64,000 nt of DNA from Rubripirellula sp. (lineage in GTDB: Bacteria; Planctomycetota; Planctomycetia; Pirellulales; Pirellulaceae). Under the pieces are notes generated by a model. That model worked only from the letters and a program-made list of their open reading frames with translations. It made no database searches and had not been told where the DNA came from. Below, one piece after another: positions 36,362 through 48,201 of the stretch. The stretch spans positions 3,200,001 to 3,264,000 of the forward strand of contig OZ244207.1 in assembly GCA_965216875.1 (NCBI GenBank), in the 5' to 3' direction. The position numbers and the translations under genes were made by a program. Each line of letters begins with the position of its first letter. Position 1 is the first letter of the stretch.

Positions 36362-38038
36362 TCACCCTTCCTCGAGCGAGAATGTCGCTTCGACCGGGGC
36401 GCCCGGTTCAAGCAATTCACCCTGCTGAGGATGCCCACCACCGACGTCAATTTGAATCGTCAGATGCCTCAACCATTGGGGGTCATCGGTGCGAGCAAAA
36501 TCGCTGCGGAAGTGGACACCTCGTGATTCGGTACGCGCCAGAGCGGCTTCGACGATGCACGATGCCGTCGTCAACATGTTCTGCAGCTCCCAGCCTTCGA
36601 TCGAATCAAACTGGTGCGGCATCACGTAGGCGGCAAACGACATGATCGAATCAGCTGCCTCGCGAAGTCCGTCAGCCGTCCGTTCGACTCCCGCCAACCG
36701 CCCCATCAAGCTCTTGAGCGAAACGCGCACGTCAGCGACGTCGAACGCTTCGTCCTGCGAATGCACAGGATGCTGGATCGGCAGCGCTTCCATTTTGGCC
36801 CCGTTTTCTGCAGCGGCTCGCGAAGCTGCTTCGCCAGCGTAGGCACCATAGACCAAACCTTCGAGCAAGCTATTGCTCGCCAAACGATTGGCCCCGTGCA
36901 GCCCGCTACTTGTGACTTCACCGGCAGCCCACAGTCCCGGCAAACTGGTCCGTCCCTGACGATCGACCGAAACGCCACCAATCATGTAGTGAGCGCCGGG
37001 GCGAACGGGGATTCGGTCACTGGTGATGTCCAACCCAAACTTCGCACACGCTTCGGCGATGCCAGGAAACCGCGATTTCACATGGGTCGGATTCAGATGT
37101 GACAGGTCCAAAAAGACGTTCGTGTGCTTGGTCGCCTGCATCTGACGAATGATCGATTGGCTGACCACGTCGCGCGGTGCAAGTTCGGCGCGGGAGTCGT
37201 ATTCAGGCATGAACCGATAGCCATTGGTATCGACCAAGTAGGCTCCTTCGCCACGGACCGCTTCGGTAATCAATGATCGCGACGATCCAGCGATGTACAA
37301 AACGGTCGGATGGAATTGAACGAACTCCATGTCGCGAAGCTCGACGCCGGCACGATAGGCGAGCGACGAACCATCGCCGGTCGCTACCGATGGATTGGTC
37401 GATTCACGAAACACCTGTCCAATGCCACCGGTGCAAAGAATCGTTTCCTTGGCCCAGATCATCAGCGGATGGCCGTTTGGATCGATGATGACCGCGCCCC
37501 GACAGCGACCTTCATGCGTCAACAGATCCACCGTAAAGGTGTTTTCCATAATGTCGATGTTCGGCATGCTGCGCGTTCGGCTGATCACCGCGCGCATGAT
37601 TTCGCGGCCGGTCGCATCGCCTTGGGCATGAACAATTCGCTCGCGAGAATGCCCACCTTCGCGGCCCAACGCGAGTTCGCCTTCGTTCTGGTCAAACTGA
37701 GTTCCCCAGCGAACCAGTTCTTCAATTCGCCGCGGCCCCTCGCGAATGACCATATCAACAATGGCTCGGTCACACAGGTTGCCACCAGCGGCAAGGGTGT
37801 CGGCCACATGGGAATCGAAGCAGTCGTTGGGATCCAAGACCCCGGCAATGCCACCTTGTGCGTAGTTGCTGCTCGATTCACGCAGCTGATCTTTCGTCAC
37901 CACCAGCACGGTTTGATTGGTTTCCACCGCGTTGGCTGCCCGCAAGCCCGCAAGTCCACCGCCAATCACCAAAACATCGGTGAACCGGTGCGTCGCCCTG
38001 CGGGAATCCAATGGCAACAGGTAACGCGGAGTCATCAT
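36362..38038 (-). CDS. nadB: L-aspartate oxidase
   Basis: GGGLAGL FAD motif, SSNYAQGGIA, REGGHSRERIVHA, DMEFVQFHPT, LITEAVRGEG, ELAPRDVV, HYMIGG, GLHGANRLASNSLLEGLV, ESRGVHFR. Confidence 0.95.
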   Translation of the reverse strand: MMTPRYLLPLDSRRATHRFTDVLVIGGGLAGLRAANAVETNQTVLVVTKDQLRESSSNYAQGGIAGVLDPNDCFDSHVADTLAAGGNLCDRAIVDMVIREGPRRIEELVRWGTQFDQNEGELALGREGGHSRERIVHAQGDATGREIMRAVISRTRSMPNIDIMENTFTVDLLTHEGRCRGAVIIDPNGHPLMIWAKETILCTGGIGQVFRESTNPSVATGDGSSLAYRAGVELRDMEFVQFHPTVLYIAGSSRSLITEAVRGEGAYLVDTNGYRFMPEYDSRAELAPRDVVSQSIIRQMQATKHTNVFLDLSHLNPTHVKSRFPGIAEACAKFGLDITSDRIPVRPGAHYMIGGVSVDRQGRTSLPGLWAAGEVTSSGLHGANRLASNSLLEGLVYGAYAGEAASRAAAENGAKMEALPIQHPVHSQDEAFDVADVRVSLKSLMGRLAGVERTADGLREAADSIMSFAAYVMPHQFDSIEGWELQNMLTTASCIVEAALARTESRGVHFRSDFARTDDPQWLRHLTIQIDVGGGHPQQGELLEPGAPVEATFSLEEG

Positions 38039-38432
38039 TTCGTCGTGGTGACCTTATTCTTTGCAGGAGCGTTAAAGACCAAACGTTGGCAGGCAACAGG
38101 GGGCGCCGAAGCCTGGAGCGGGATCGCAGGATATCGACAGTCATCCGTTATAGCGGATAGGCTGAAAGATGAGCGAGGACGCAAGCGGGGCTGGACCTGA
38201 CAACTCAACACCCGACGGCGTCGGGACAGAATAGGCCATTCGCCCCAAAAGCTAAATCGAAAGTCCCGCCAGGCAGCCTTTTTGTGCGGTTTTGCCGATG
38301 GCGTAAATTAAGATGACGGCCCGAATCCTGGCCCAGCACCTTCAAATTCATTCGTCGCAACCTCTGATTCCTCCAAAGGCTGGTCCGTTTGGCCCACCAC
38401 TGGTCGACCTGAATCACCCAAAAACACGTTCA

Positions 38433-39404
38433 ATGAGCGAATTGAAACGCGGACTTCACGCGGACCTAACCGATGACGTCGACGCCGAGGCCGAAGTTGA
38501 CCTCGATGTTTCGGCGGATGAGGCCGCGTCCGAGCCTCCCGAACCGACCCGGCGGGGCCCCTTTCGCCGCAAACGCTCTGGGCGAAAAAAACGACGACGA
38601 CGACGCCTCACCCTCGCTGTGTTGCCCACGCTGTTGACGCTTGGCAACGGAGTTTGTGGGCTTGCCGCGATTGCCGTGGCGACCAGCGTGAACCTTGAGT
38701 GGGACAACGAACAAAAACTGCTGGTCGCGGGAATCCTGATCTTCGCCGGCATGCTCTTTGATGCACTCGACGGATCGGCCGCCCGGATGACAGGCCAAGA
38801 GAGCCAATTCGGCGCTGAACTCGACAGCCTCTGTGACGCCATTACCTTTGGCACCGCCCCGGCCGTGATCGTTTGGCGAATGAACGATAGTGGAGCGCTG
38901 CCCCTCAAATTGACCTGGGCGATTGGAGTCCTCTTTGCCCTCTGTGTGCTCATCCGCCTTGCACGGTTCAATGTCGAAACCGACGAAGACGATACCCACG
39001 AGGGTTTTGATGGGTTGCCGAGTCCCGCGGCCGCTGGAACACTCGCCTCATTCATGATTGCGATGCCCACCCTGGCCTCCTACGCCGCTGACGAGGACTA
39101 CGGACAAGTTCAATGGCTCGCCCAGCGACTGCTCGAGGGCTGCGAGTACTTCATACCAGCACTTGCGCTATCGCTGGCCTATTTGATGGTCTCGCGATTC
39201 CAGTACCCGCATGTTTTTCAACAACTTTTGCGTGGACGTCGCGCGCCCCACCAGATCGGACAGGCTCTGTTTGTATTGATCGGGGCAGTTGTGCTTCATT
39301 GGTTGGCCTTGCCCATCGCGTTCTGTTACTACGCTTTTGCCGCACCGATCCGAACTTGGGTCGGCAAACTCCGTGGGACAACGAAAGTTGCCGAGAGTTC
39401 CTGA
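38433..39404 (+). CDS. pssA: CDP-alcohol phosphatidyltransferase, probably phosphatidylserine synthase
   Basis: LPTLLTLGN, FDALDGSAARM...SQFGAELDSLCDAITFG.AP, IRLARFNV, FDGLPSPAAA, LMVSRF. Start uncertain. Confidence 0.85.
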   Translation: MSELKRGLHADLTDDVDAEAEVDLDVSADEAASEPPEPTRRGPFRRKRSGRKKRRRRRLTLAVLPTLLTLGNGVCGLAAIAVATSVNLEWDNEQKLLVAGILIFAGMLFDALDGSAARMTGQESQFGAELDSLCDAITFGTAPAVIVWRMNDSGALPLKLTWAIGVLFALCVLIRLARFNVETDEDDTHEGFDGLPSPAAAGTLASFMIAMPTLASYAADEDYGQVQWLAQRLLEGCEYFIPALALSLAYLMVSRFQYPHVFQQLLRGRRAPHQIGQALFVLIGAVVLHWLALPIAFCYYAFAAPIRTWVGKLRGTTKVAESS

Positions 39405-39837
39405 AACAGTCGCTAGCCCCCTGATGGGCGAAGAATCAAATCACATCCGTGTGAACTGTGTCACCTGTTACCGGGCCGTTGCCTGCGAAGTTGTCGCGCC
39501 GAAATGTGAGAATCCAAGGGACAGGCCGGTCGTAATGTCTCAGCGCTGTAATATATGACCTGAAATTCGACACAAACTGTGCTGATTTTTTGCCTAAGCT
39601 CTTACCAACAAACAACTTGTGTGTCGTGATTGTCAGAGGGGGTCTTGTTGACGAGTCGCTAAAAGCTGCCATCCTTTACCAGCTGAATTGGTTTGTACGG
39701 GATCCCTGCACGGGGTTCAAAAGGCAACTCGAATCACTGCCAAGCCTACCCCCAATCGTTCGAATAGCGGCAAGACGCCGTCAATCGACCGTCTCGACAG
39801 ACCAAAACAAACGAGTGCCGCCGAGGAATTGTCATCT

Positions 39838-40512
39838 ATGAGTCGTGTTGCGAACGGGAAAAAAGCGTCTCCGCAGCCCCACAGCAGTCCCTTCTACAAC
39901 AATCTCGTCCCCGCCTACCAAGCCCTTTGGCCGGCGGTGGCACGTCGCCGCATCACCGCTGCCGTCGAATCGCTCGGTATCCCCACCGACGCGAAAGTAC
40001 TTGAAGTGGGTGTCGGCACAGGGCTGTCGCTCGACAGCTACCCCACTGACTGCGCTGTCACGGGTGTGGACCTTTCTGAATCAATGCTCGCCGAAGCCGA
40101 ACAGTTGATTCAATCGCGTGGCTGGGACCACATCAATTTGATCCCGATGAACGCCGAGGAACTTGAACTCGAGGATTCCTCGTTCGACGTCGTGACGTCA
40201 TTCCACACGATCAGCGTGGTATCACATCCCGAAAAGATGATGCGTGAAATCGTTCGCGTCTGCAAACCGGGCGGCCGCATCATGATGATCAACCACTTCC
40301 GCAGCGATAACCCTCTGATTGCTCGAGTCGTCGACTCGGCTGGCAATATCACCAAGCGTTTGGGATGGCGAACTGACGTCGAACTGCAAGAACTGCTCGC
40401 CGAGTTACCAATCCGACTCGACCACTGCTACAAACAAAACCCGTTGTCGCTCTTCACAGTCATGACGGCGACCTGCCTCAAGACCGCCGAAGCCGAGCTG
40501 GCCGTCGGTTGA
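39838..40512 (+). CDS. Class I SAM methyltransferase, PmtA-like phospholipid N-methyltransferase
   Basis: VLEVGVGTGLSL, VTGVDLSESML, ISVVSHPEKMMREIVRVCKPGG, INHF; downstream of pssA. Confidence 0.75.
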   Translation: MSRVANGKKASPQPHSSPFYNNLVPAYQALWPAVARRRITAAVESLGIPTDAKVLEVGVGTGLSLDSYPTDCAVTGVDLSESMLAEAEQLIQSRGWDHINLIPMNAEELELEDSSFDVVTSFHTISVVSHPEKMMREIVRVCKPGGRIMMINHFRSDNPLIARVVDSAGNITKRLGWRTDVELQELLAELPIRLDHCYKQNPLSLFTVMTATCLKTAEAELAVG

Positions 40513-40548
40513 TGTTGCCGGTCGTCACCTGGTGAACGCTGAAGCGGT

Positions 40549-41304
40549 TCACTCTTTCGTCAAGAACTTGGCATACACGCGGGCGACGTCGCCCATGTAG
40601 TTGTGGGGGGCATCTTTGGCACAGCGTTCCAAGTATTCAAGCGCCTTCTTCTTGTCACCATGCGCGTCGGCGTACAGCCCCAAATAGAAGTCGCCATAGA
40701 ACCTAGCGTAGGCGCGCTCGTCCGTTCCCTCTTTGGTCGCTTCGACTCGCTTGACCACCGCCTCGGTGTCACCACTGCTCAGCATGGCGAGTACTTCATC
40801 CATCGGCAGACGCGAGTCACCGGGCGCGGGCAGGACCAGGCGTTTGGCTTCTTCGACCGACTTTGCCTTAGCGACGCATAGGAAATGCCAGGCAGCATTT
40901 TCAACATCGTTGGGGTTTACCTTTCGATGCTTCTCGAATTGTTCGACGCCCGCTTGATAGTCGCCTGTGAAGTACAGCGAAATACCACGTTGCCAAAGAT
41001 AGGGCAACTCGGCCGGCGCCTCTTTGACGAATCGGTTGAACCATTTCGTCGACTCCGACACCTTCCCCGCTCGCAGGTACAGATCGCCAGCCGCACGCAT
41101 CACCCGCGGGTCTTTGCCAGCCGCTGCAACCATCGCATCGGCAGCCTTGATCGCCTCGTCGTTCTTTTCCTCAAGCAGTGCATTCAACCCGCGAGCGCGA
41201 AGCTGACCGATTGACAGCGATCCCTCGCCCGACTCCTGGGCGTTGGCAAAGGTCCCACCGGCCACCATCAAAACAGTGGCAATCCACTTGGACATCATCG
41301 ACAT
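40549..41304 (-). CDS. Secreted TPR-like protein (NlpI-like motifs)
   Basis: Signal peptide (KWIATVLMVAGGTFANAQE), PYLWQRGISLYF, VNPNDVENAAWHFLC, FYGDFYLGLY. Confidence 0.8.
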   Translation of the reverse strand: MSMMSKWIATVLMVAGGTFANAQESGEGSLSIGQLRARGLNALLEEKNDEAIKAADAMVAAAGKDPRVMRAAGDLYLRAGKVSESTKWFNRFVKEAPAELPYLWQRGISLYFTGDYQAGVEQFEKHRKVNPNDVENAAWHFLCVAKAKSVEEAKRLVLPAPGDSRLPMDEVLAMLSSGDTEAVVKRVEATKEGTDERAYARFYGDFYLGLYADAHGDKKKALEYLERCAKDAPHNYMGDVARVYAKFLTKE

Positions 41305-41332
41305 GGTGCGATTCCCCAAAACGACTCGCCGA

Positions 41333-41926
41333 TCAATCGGCTGCATCTTTCGATTGAGTGGGCGAGAGGATTTCAAGCAGTTTGATGGCAGGTTCGCCAT
41401 CGCAATAGATCAACGCAGTACGGCCCCAAACCGTTTCCCCGACTTGCACGCGCAACATCGCGGCGAGCGACGGACCGGCTTTGATTCGCCAAAGCCCGAC
41501 CAGTTGGACTTCGCGTAGCACGTTGTGTTCGATCAACACCCTGCCAAGCGGCACCGATTGACTCTCGATACGTCGCCAAACTTCACCATCAAGCGTGTCA
41601 ACGTTCAATCGAACGATACCGTACTGGACGATCCGTCCAGTCTCTTTCGTTACCAATGTGATTTCGCGCGAATACCAATTCTCGTGGCGATCACAGCGAT
41701 GCACATGCACGTCGACCTTTTCGTCATAGTGTGACTCGACAGTCACCGTCATGTGCTTGTGATGATCAAGCAGCGCATTGTAGGGAGGCGGGGCATTGAG
41801 AACCGGCTCAAATTCGCCAAGCTGAGCGTGGCCGGGCGGATCGCGATAGAACTGCTCAAGCAGCTCATTGATTTTGACGTCGGAATCGTTGGTTGGGGTC
41901 ACGCCAGTTGGTCCCGCCTTGTTCAT
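41333..41926 (-). CDS. Chorismate lyase-like (UbiC/DUF98 fold) protein
   Basis: Motif order LL.HHKHMT...YSREITL...PLGRVL...R...WGRT...PAIKLLEI matches the UbiC-type pattern (MT, RE, PLG, W.R, terminal E). Confidence 0.65.
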   Translation of the reverse strand: MNKAGPTGVTPTNDSDVKINELLEQFYRDPPGHAQLGEFEPVLNAPPPYNALLDHHKHMTVTVESHYDEKVDVHVHRCDRHENWYSREITLVTKETGRIVQYGIVRLNVDTLDGEVWRRIESQSVPLGRVLIEHNVLREVQLVGLWRIKAGPSLAAMLRVQVGETVWGRTALIYCDGEPAIKLLEILSPTQSKDAAD

Positions 41927-41940
41927 CAATTCTGTTCGGC

Positions 41941-43809
41941 TCAGCCGACTACCGGGGGTGCCATCCCCAGCGAAACAACTTTTGGACTTGGCATTTCAGG
42001 CCGCTCAAGCACCGTATCGACAAGGAAGTAGAGCAGTCTGCGCAGCGCCTCGGGTTCGACTTCGTCGGCAACTTGTTCGGCGCGAGCTTGATGCTTGTCG
42101 ACCAACTTGAATGCCGTTTCGAACACGTCCGCCTTGTCATATAAGCGGCGTACTTTCGAAAGTCGCTCGATATCGGATAGCTCACATTCGTCCGAGGCAA
42201 GGCTCAACAATTCCTGTTGGTCCCCTTCGGAAAGGGCCTGCAGGGCCAATGCCCAAAGCAACGTGGGCCTACCGCCAAAGATATCGCCACCTGCCGACAT
42301 CTTGTTGAAATCGTCGCCACACCAGTCGCCCAAGTCATTGAGAATCTGGAAGGCAACGCCCATGTTTCGGCTAAACGTGCGAATCGGTTCGCGATACTGC
42401 TCGGCATCGCCGGCCAATCGAACGCCGCTGTAAAGTGCCGCCTCGAACGCGGGCGAGGTCTTCAGTGCATAGACCTTCAATGCATCAAGCGGGGTGAGCC
42501 GGCGATCACTTGAATCACGCCACAGCAATTCCGCACCTTGTCCCTCGGCCAAGCGAGTGTGTGCCGCAGCAAGCGAATCAAGCACATCGACTCGAGCTTG
42601 TGCCGGAATGTCGTCGTTATCGTCGCTGCGGCTGAGCAATCGGTACCCAAGGCCAATCAGGTAGTCACCCACATTGATCGCTGTCGGCAATCCGAATCGG
42701 CGATGCACGGCAGGTTGCCCATAACGAAAGGCATCATCGTCCTCGATGTCATCGTGAACGAGACTCGCTTTGTGGAACGTCTCGATGCTCATCGCCGCCC
42801 GTTGAACGGCCACCGGCAACTGCTCGACCACTTCGCTCGCACCAGCTTCGGTGCAAGCGCCGCCGGTCATCGCGTCGTAGGCCGCGAGCGTGATGAAGGG
42901 GCGTGAGTGCTTTCCGCCACGCGAAAGGAAGTCATAAGCAATGTGTTCGGTCGCCGCGATCGTGTCCATCGACGCCACTTCCACAGGCGTCACGGCCTGT
43001 TCGGTCAAAGCCGCGGTGGCTCGCACACGGGGAGCCAGTTTGTCGATCGATTCGGTCTTGAAGAGGTCTCCGGCAGCTCGCATCAGATGCACGTAGGTCT
43101 TCGTTTTCTGCGCCGCTGGCTCGTAGGGCGTTCGAATCATCTGATCGACCCAAGGCTCATCAACCTTGGTGTTTCGGCAATCGCTGCTCAGCAGTGGCAC
43201 TGCCATGCAGGGAATTCCCGCCAAAAGCACTTTGTCGATCGCTTTTTCAAGCACGTTCAAACATGCCACACCGATCACCGCGTCGACGTAACCGCCGACG
43301 ATGATCTTCATCACCACGGGTGACCCTTCAGCCACCAACACGCGGTAACCCATGTCTTCGGCCAAACCGCGAAAATCGGCGATGCTGCAGGCCCCGCATT
43401 CTTTGCAGTTCATGCCAAACTGGTCATATTCCGCCGGGCAACCCTCAGCATGTTTCAAACAGTGAGGCAGCAGGAACAAGCGCCGTTCGGGCGGTACGGC
43501 CGCAAGCGAATCTCTCCAAAACTCACTGCTGATCATCACCATCATCCAGCCCAAATAGGCCTCGGGCAGATCGGCCTCTTCGAGCGTGCGGCGGGCGATC
43601 ACCTCCATCTCGTCTTTGGTCAGCGGGATGGATCGGTCAATGCGCGACGCCACTTCGGCGCATCGATCACGCAAACTCTCTCGAAGCTCAAGCGTCGGCG
43701 GAACGTCCTTCAAGTGACTTGTTTTGCGACGCGACGATCGTCCTCCCGTGCTGCTTGATGCTGCATCGGTCGGAATCGTTGACTCTGTGGGGCTAAGTCC
43801 AGTCGACAA
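41941..43809 (-). CDS. Polyprenyl diphosphate synthase with N-terminal Cys-rich DUF116-like domain
   Basis: N-terminal LLPHCL..C..CKECGACSI..IGVAC. C-terminal GGKHSRP, first Asp-rich motif LVHDDIEDDDAFRYG, GQG, KT, second motif FQILNDLGD. TTG start with AGAGG upstream. Confidence 0.87.
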   Translation of the reverse strand: MSTGLSPTESTIPTDAASSSTGGRSSRRKTSHLKDVPPTLELRESLRDRCAEVASRIDRSIPLTKDEMEVIARRTLEEADLPEAYLGWMMVMISSEFWRDSLAAVPPERRLFLLPHCLKHAEGCPAEYDQFGMNCKECGACSIADFRGLAEDMGYRVLVAEGSPVVMKIIVGGYVDAVIGVACLNVLEKAIDKVLLAGIPCMAVPLLSSDCRNTKVDEPWVDQMIRTPYEPAAQKTKTYVHLMRAAGDLFKTESIDKLAPRVRATAALTEQAVTPVEVASMDTIAATEHIAYDFLSRGGKHSRPFITLAAYDAMTGGACTEAGASEVVEQLPVAVQRAAMSIETFHKASLVHDDIEDDDAFRYGQPAVHRRFGLPTAINVGDYLIGLGYRLLSRSDDNDDIPAQARVDVLDSLAAAHTRLAEGQGAELLWRDSSDRRLTPLDALKVYALKTSPAFEAALYSGVRLAGDAEQYREPIRTFSRNMGVAFQILNDLGDWCGDDFNKMSAGGDIFGGRPTLLWALALQALSEGDQQELLSLASDECELSDIERLSKVRRLYDKADVFETAFKLVDKHQARAEQVADEVEPEALRRLLYFLVDTVLERPEMPSPKVVSLGMAPPVVG

Positions 43810-43869
43810 TCCGTGTACCTCTAAATGTCACTTCGTAGTTGCAGCTCTCGGGCGAGGCTGATCGGAAAC

Positions 43870-45831
<1,962 letters not shown>

Positions 45832-45957
45832 GGGCACATTGTATCGCGTATGCAAATGAATCCAGGACCGGGCACATCCTCCACAGTTCACGCCGCCCTG
45901 GAATGTGGTTATCGTAGGAATTCTTCCCCCTCCGTGCCCACCTGGAGAATCAACACC

Positions 45958-46866
45958 GTGCAACGCAGAACGTTCCTCAAGTTTGCTTCCATCGCGTCGG
46001 CTGTCGCCATGTCCTCTTGGGCTCGCGCCCGAGGGCCTATCCTGCGTCAGGGGGCAGCACGTTTTCACGTTGGCCTGGCTGCGTATTCGCTCCGCAATTA
46101 CTTCTCCTACATGAAGGGGAAGCTCAAGTCACCTGCCGCTGATGGCAAAGCGATCGACATGGTCGGTTTCCTTGACTACTGCGTCGCCCAAGGTTTTGAT
46201 GCCGCCGAATTGACGAGCTATTTTTTCAAGCCTGATGTAGGCGACGACTACTTTCGCCAACTCAAACATGAAGCCTACCTTCGCGGCGTGACGATTTCAG
46301 GAACTGCGATCGGCAACAACTTTACTGTCGGCGATGGCCCAAAACTTGACGCCGAAATCGAATCAGCAATCGCTTGGATTGATCGTGCAGCCGTTCTGGG
46401 CGCGCCTCACATTCGCTTCTTTGCCGGAACTGGCAAACAGCTGGCTGACAATCCTGAACGAATGGAACAAGCATGTGACGCGATCAATCATTGTGCCGAA
46501 CATGCAGCCAAGAAAGGCGTCTTCCTCGGAATCGAGAATCACGGCAACCTGACTTCCGCACAGATGCTGCAAATCATGGATCGCGTCGACAGCGACTGGG
46601 TTGGCATCAACCTGGACACTGGCAACTTCCACTCCGATGACCCTTACGCTGATCTCGAAAAGTGCGTGCCCTACGCCGTCAATGTTCAAGTAAAGGTCAG
46701 CATGAAGTCGCCCGCCGGCAAAAAGTACCCAGCGGACATCCAGCGTGTGGGCAAGATCTTGAAAGACGCCGGTTACCAAGGTTACGTCGTCCTTGAATAC
46801 GAAAACGAAGACCCGTACAAAAACATCCCTCCAACACTCGACGCACTTCGCAATGCGTTGAGCTAG
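45958..46866 (+). CDS. Tat-exported sugar phosphate isomerase/epimerase (TIM barrel) family protein
   Basis: GTG start after GGAG; QRRTFLK twin-arginine signal; AYSLR, LGAPHIRFFAG, GIENHG, NLDTGNF, VLEYE. Confidence 0.85.
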   Translation: MQRRTFLKFASIASAVAMSSWARARGPILRQGAARFHVGLAAYSLRNYFSYMKGKLKSPAADGKAIDMVGFLDYCVAQGFDAAELTSYFFKPDVGDDYFRQLKHEAYLRGVTISGTAIGNNFTVGDGPKLDAEIESAIAWIDRAAVLGAPHIRFFAGTGKQLADNPERMEQACDAINHCAEHAAKKGVFLGIENHGNLTSAQMLQIMDRVDSDWVGINLDTGNFHSDDPYADLEKCVPYAVNVQVKVSMKSPAGKKYPADIQRVGKILKDAGYQGYVVLEYENEDPYKNIPPTLDALRNALS

Positions 46867-46886
46867 CAGGCTCACGTGGCCGAGTC

Positions 46887-47399
46887 ATGAGAACTTTTCG
46901 CCAAGGCCCCGAAACCGATCGCATGACCCTTCGCGCGATGAGGGTGAGTGATGCTGAAGACTTCTATACGCTCAACAGCAATCCCGAAACGATGCGGTAC
47001 ACGGGCGAACCGCCCTTTGAGAGCGTCCAGCAAGCAGAAGACGCCATCACGTGCTATCGGGATTTCGACGAAATCGGATTCGGACGTTGGGCCTGCATCT
47101 TGAAGGAAACCAATCGCATGATCGGTTTCTGTGGTCTGAAGTATTTGCCCGAATTGGATGCCATCGACCTTGGCTATCGCTTCTTGCCACAGCATTGGGG
47201 CAGGGGACTCGGCACCGAAGCAGCAAAAGCCAGTGTCGACTTCGGTTTTCAAAAGATGGACCTTCAAAAGATCATCGGACTAGTCTTGGCTGACAACACT
47301 CCATCGATTCGTGTCCTCGAAAAGGTCGGAATGACCTTGGACGGACCAATCAATTACTTGGGTGATGATGCTCTTCAATACAGCATCACTTGCCATTAG
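46887..47399 (+). CDS. GNAT (RimJ/RimL) N-acetyltransferase
   Basis: ETDRMTLR, IGFCGL, DLGYRFLPQHWGRGLGTEAA, N.PSIRVLEKVGM. Confidence 0.9.
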   Translation: MRTFRQGPETDRMTLRAMRVSDAEDFYTLNSNPETMRYTGEPPFESVQQAEDAITCYRDFDEIGFGRWACILKETNRMIGFCGLKYLPELDAIDLGYRFLPQHWGRGLGTEAAKASVDFGFQKMDLQKIIGLVLADNTPSIRVLEKVGMTLDGPINYLGDDALQYSITCH

Positions 47400-47470
47400 T
47401 TGAGCAAGACTTGTCAATTGCAGAGCGGTTCTTCAGTCTCGGGAAAGCGATCTGCTGTTCAATTGGTTTT

Positions 47471-47556
47471 AACGCGGAGACGCAAGGACGCAAGGACGCA
47501 AAGGGGGGGGCGTGCGACTTGAAAGTGTCCTCTTTGCGCCCTTGCGTCTCTGCGTT
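47471..47556. repeat. REP-like palindrome 1 at 3' end of GxxExxY gene
   Basis: aacgcggagacgcaaggacgcaaggacgcaaag ... ctttgcgcccttgcgtctctgcgtt. Confidence 0.85.
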
Positions 47557-47557
47557 T

Positions 47558-47938
47558 TCATAAACCATTCACGACACGATGGATTCCCTCTTTGACTAAT
47601 TTTTCGCCAAAGTTAATCACCAGTCCCAGCTTGAGTGTTTTCAATCGCAGGTATGTCAGTAGCTGCGTGGCAAAGATCGAGTTGTATTGTGTGACGGCTT
47701 TGCATTCGACGATGACGACATCGTTTACGAGCAAATCGATCTTTAGGGGCGTGGCAAGCGTGACATCTTTGTATTGAATCGGCGAGGGGACTTGTCGTCG
47801 AACATTGCAACCTTGTTGAGTTAGCTCGTAGGCCAGTGCTTCCTCGTAAACGGATTCGAGCAAGCCAGGGCCGCCCAAGGTACGATGCACTTCGATTGCA
47901 GCGGAGACGATTGTCTTGCTGATCTCGTTTTCGTTCAT
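47558..47938 (-). CDS. GxxExxY family protein (PD-(D/E)XK nuclease-like)
   Basis: EVHRTLGGPGLLESVYEEAL, IDLLV...IVECKAV, QLLTYL, GLVINFG. Confidence 0.92.
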   Translation of the reverse strand: MNENEISKTIVSAAIEVHRTLGGPGLLESVYEEALAYELTQQGCNVRRQVPSPIQYKDVTLATPLKIDLLVNDVVIVECKAVTQYNSIFATQLLTYLRLKTLKLGLVINFGEKLVKEGIHRVVNGL

Positions 47939-47974
47939 CTATTATTGCCCCAGTATTAGATGAGAGAGTTTTTT

Positions 47975-48059
47975 AACGCGAAGGCGCAGAGTCGCAAAGG
48001 CGATGCGAGCGACTTGCTGACGTCTTCTTTGCGCCTCTGCGCCTTAGCGTCTCTGCGTT
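47975..48059. repeat. REP-like palindrome 2 upstream of GxxExxY gene
   Basis: aacgcgaaggcgcagagtcgcaaag ... ctttgcgcctctgcgccttagcgtctctgcgtt. Confidence 0.85.
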
Positions 48060-48141
48060 TTCTTTTTGCTGCCCAGCTGTCCGCCCGTGTCGCAACCAGT
48101 TATCCAGCCTCGGGAATACCACGTTCGCCGTAGTTGGTTTT

Positions 48142-48201
48142 AACGCAAAGGCGCAAGGACGCAAAGCCGATGCGCGCGACGCGCCTTGGCGTCTCTGCGT
48201 T
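48142..48201. repeat. REP-like palindrome 3 (shortened)
   Basis: aacgcaaaggcgcaaggacgcaaag ... gcgccttggcgtctctgcgtt. Confidence 0.8.

Noticed and set aside
47386..48164. Small ORFs 47386..47568 and 47973..48164 as real peptides
   Set aside because: They are translations of the palindromic repeats; their similarity reflects the DNA repeat.
47471..48201. CRISPR array or IS element
   Set aside because: The repeats are degenerate long palindromes with irregular spacing; no cas or transposase gene, and no clear target-site duplication.
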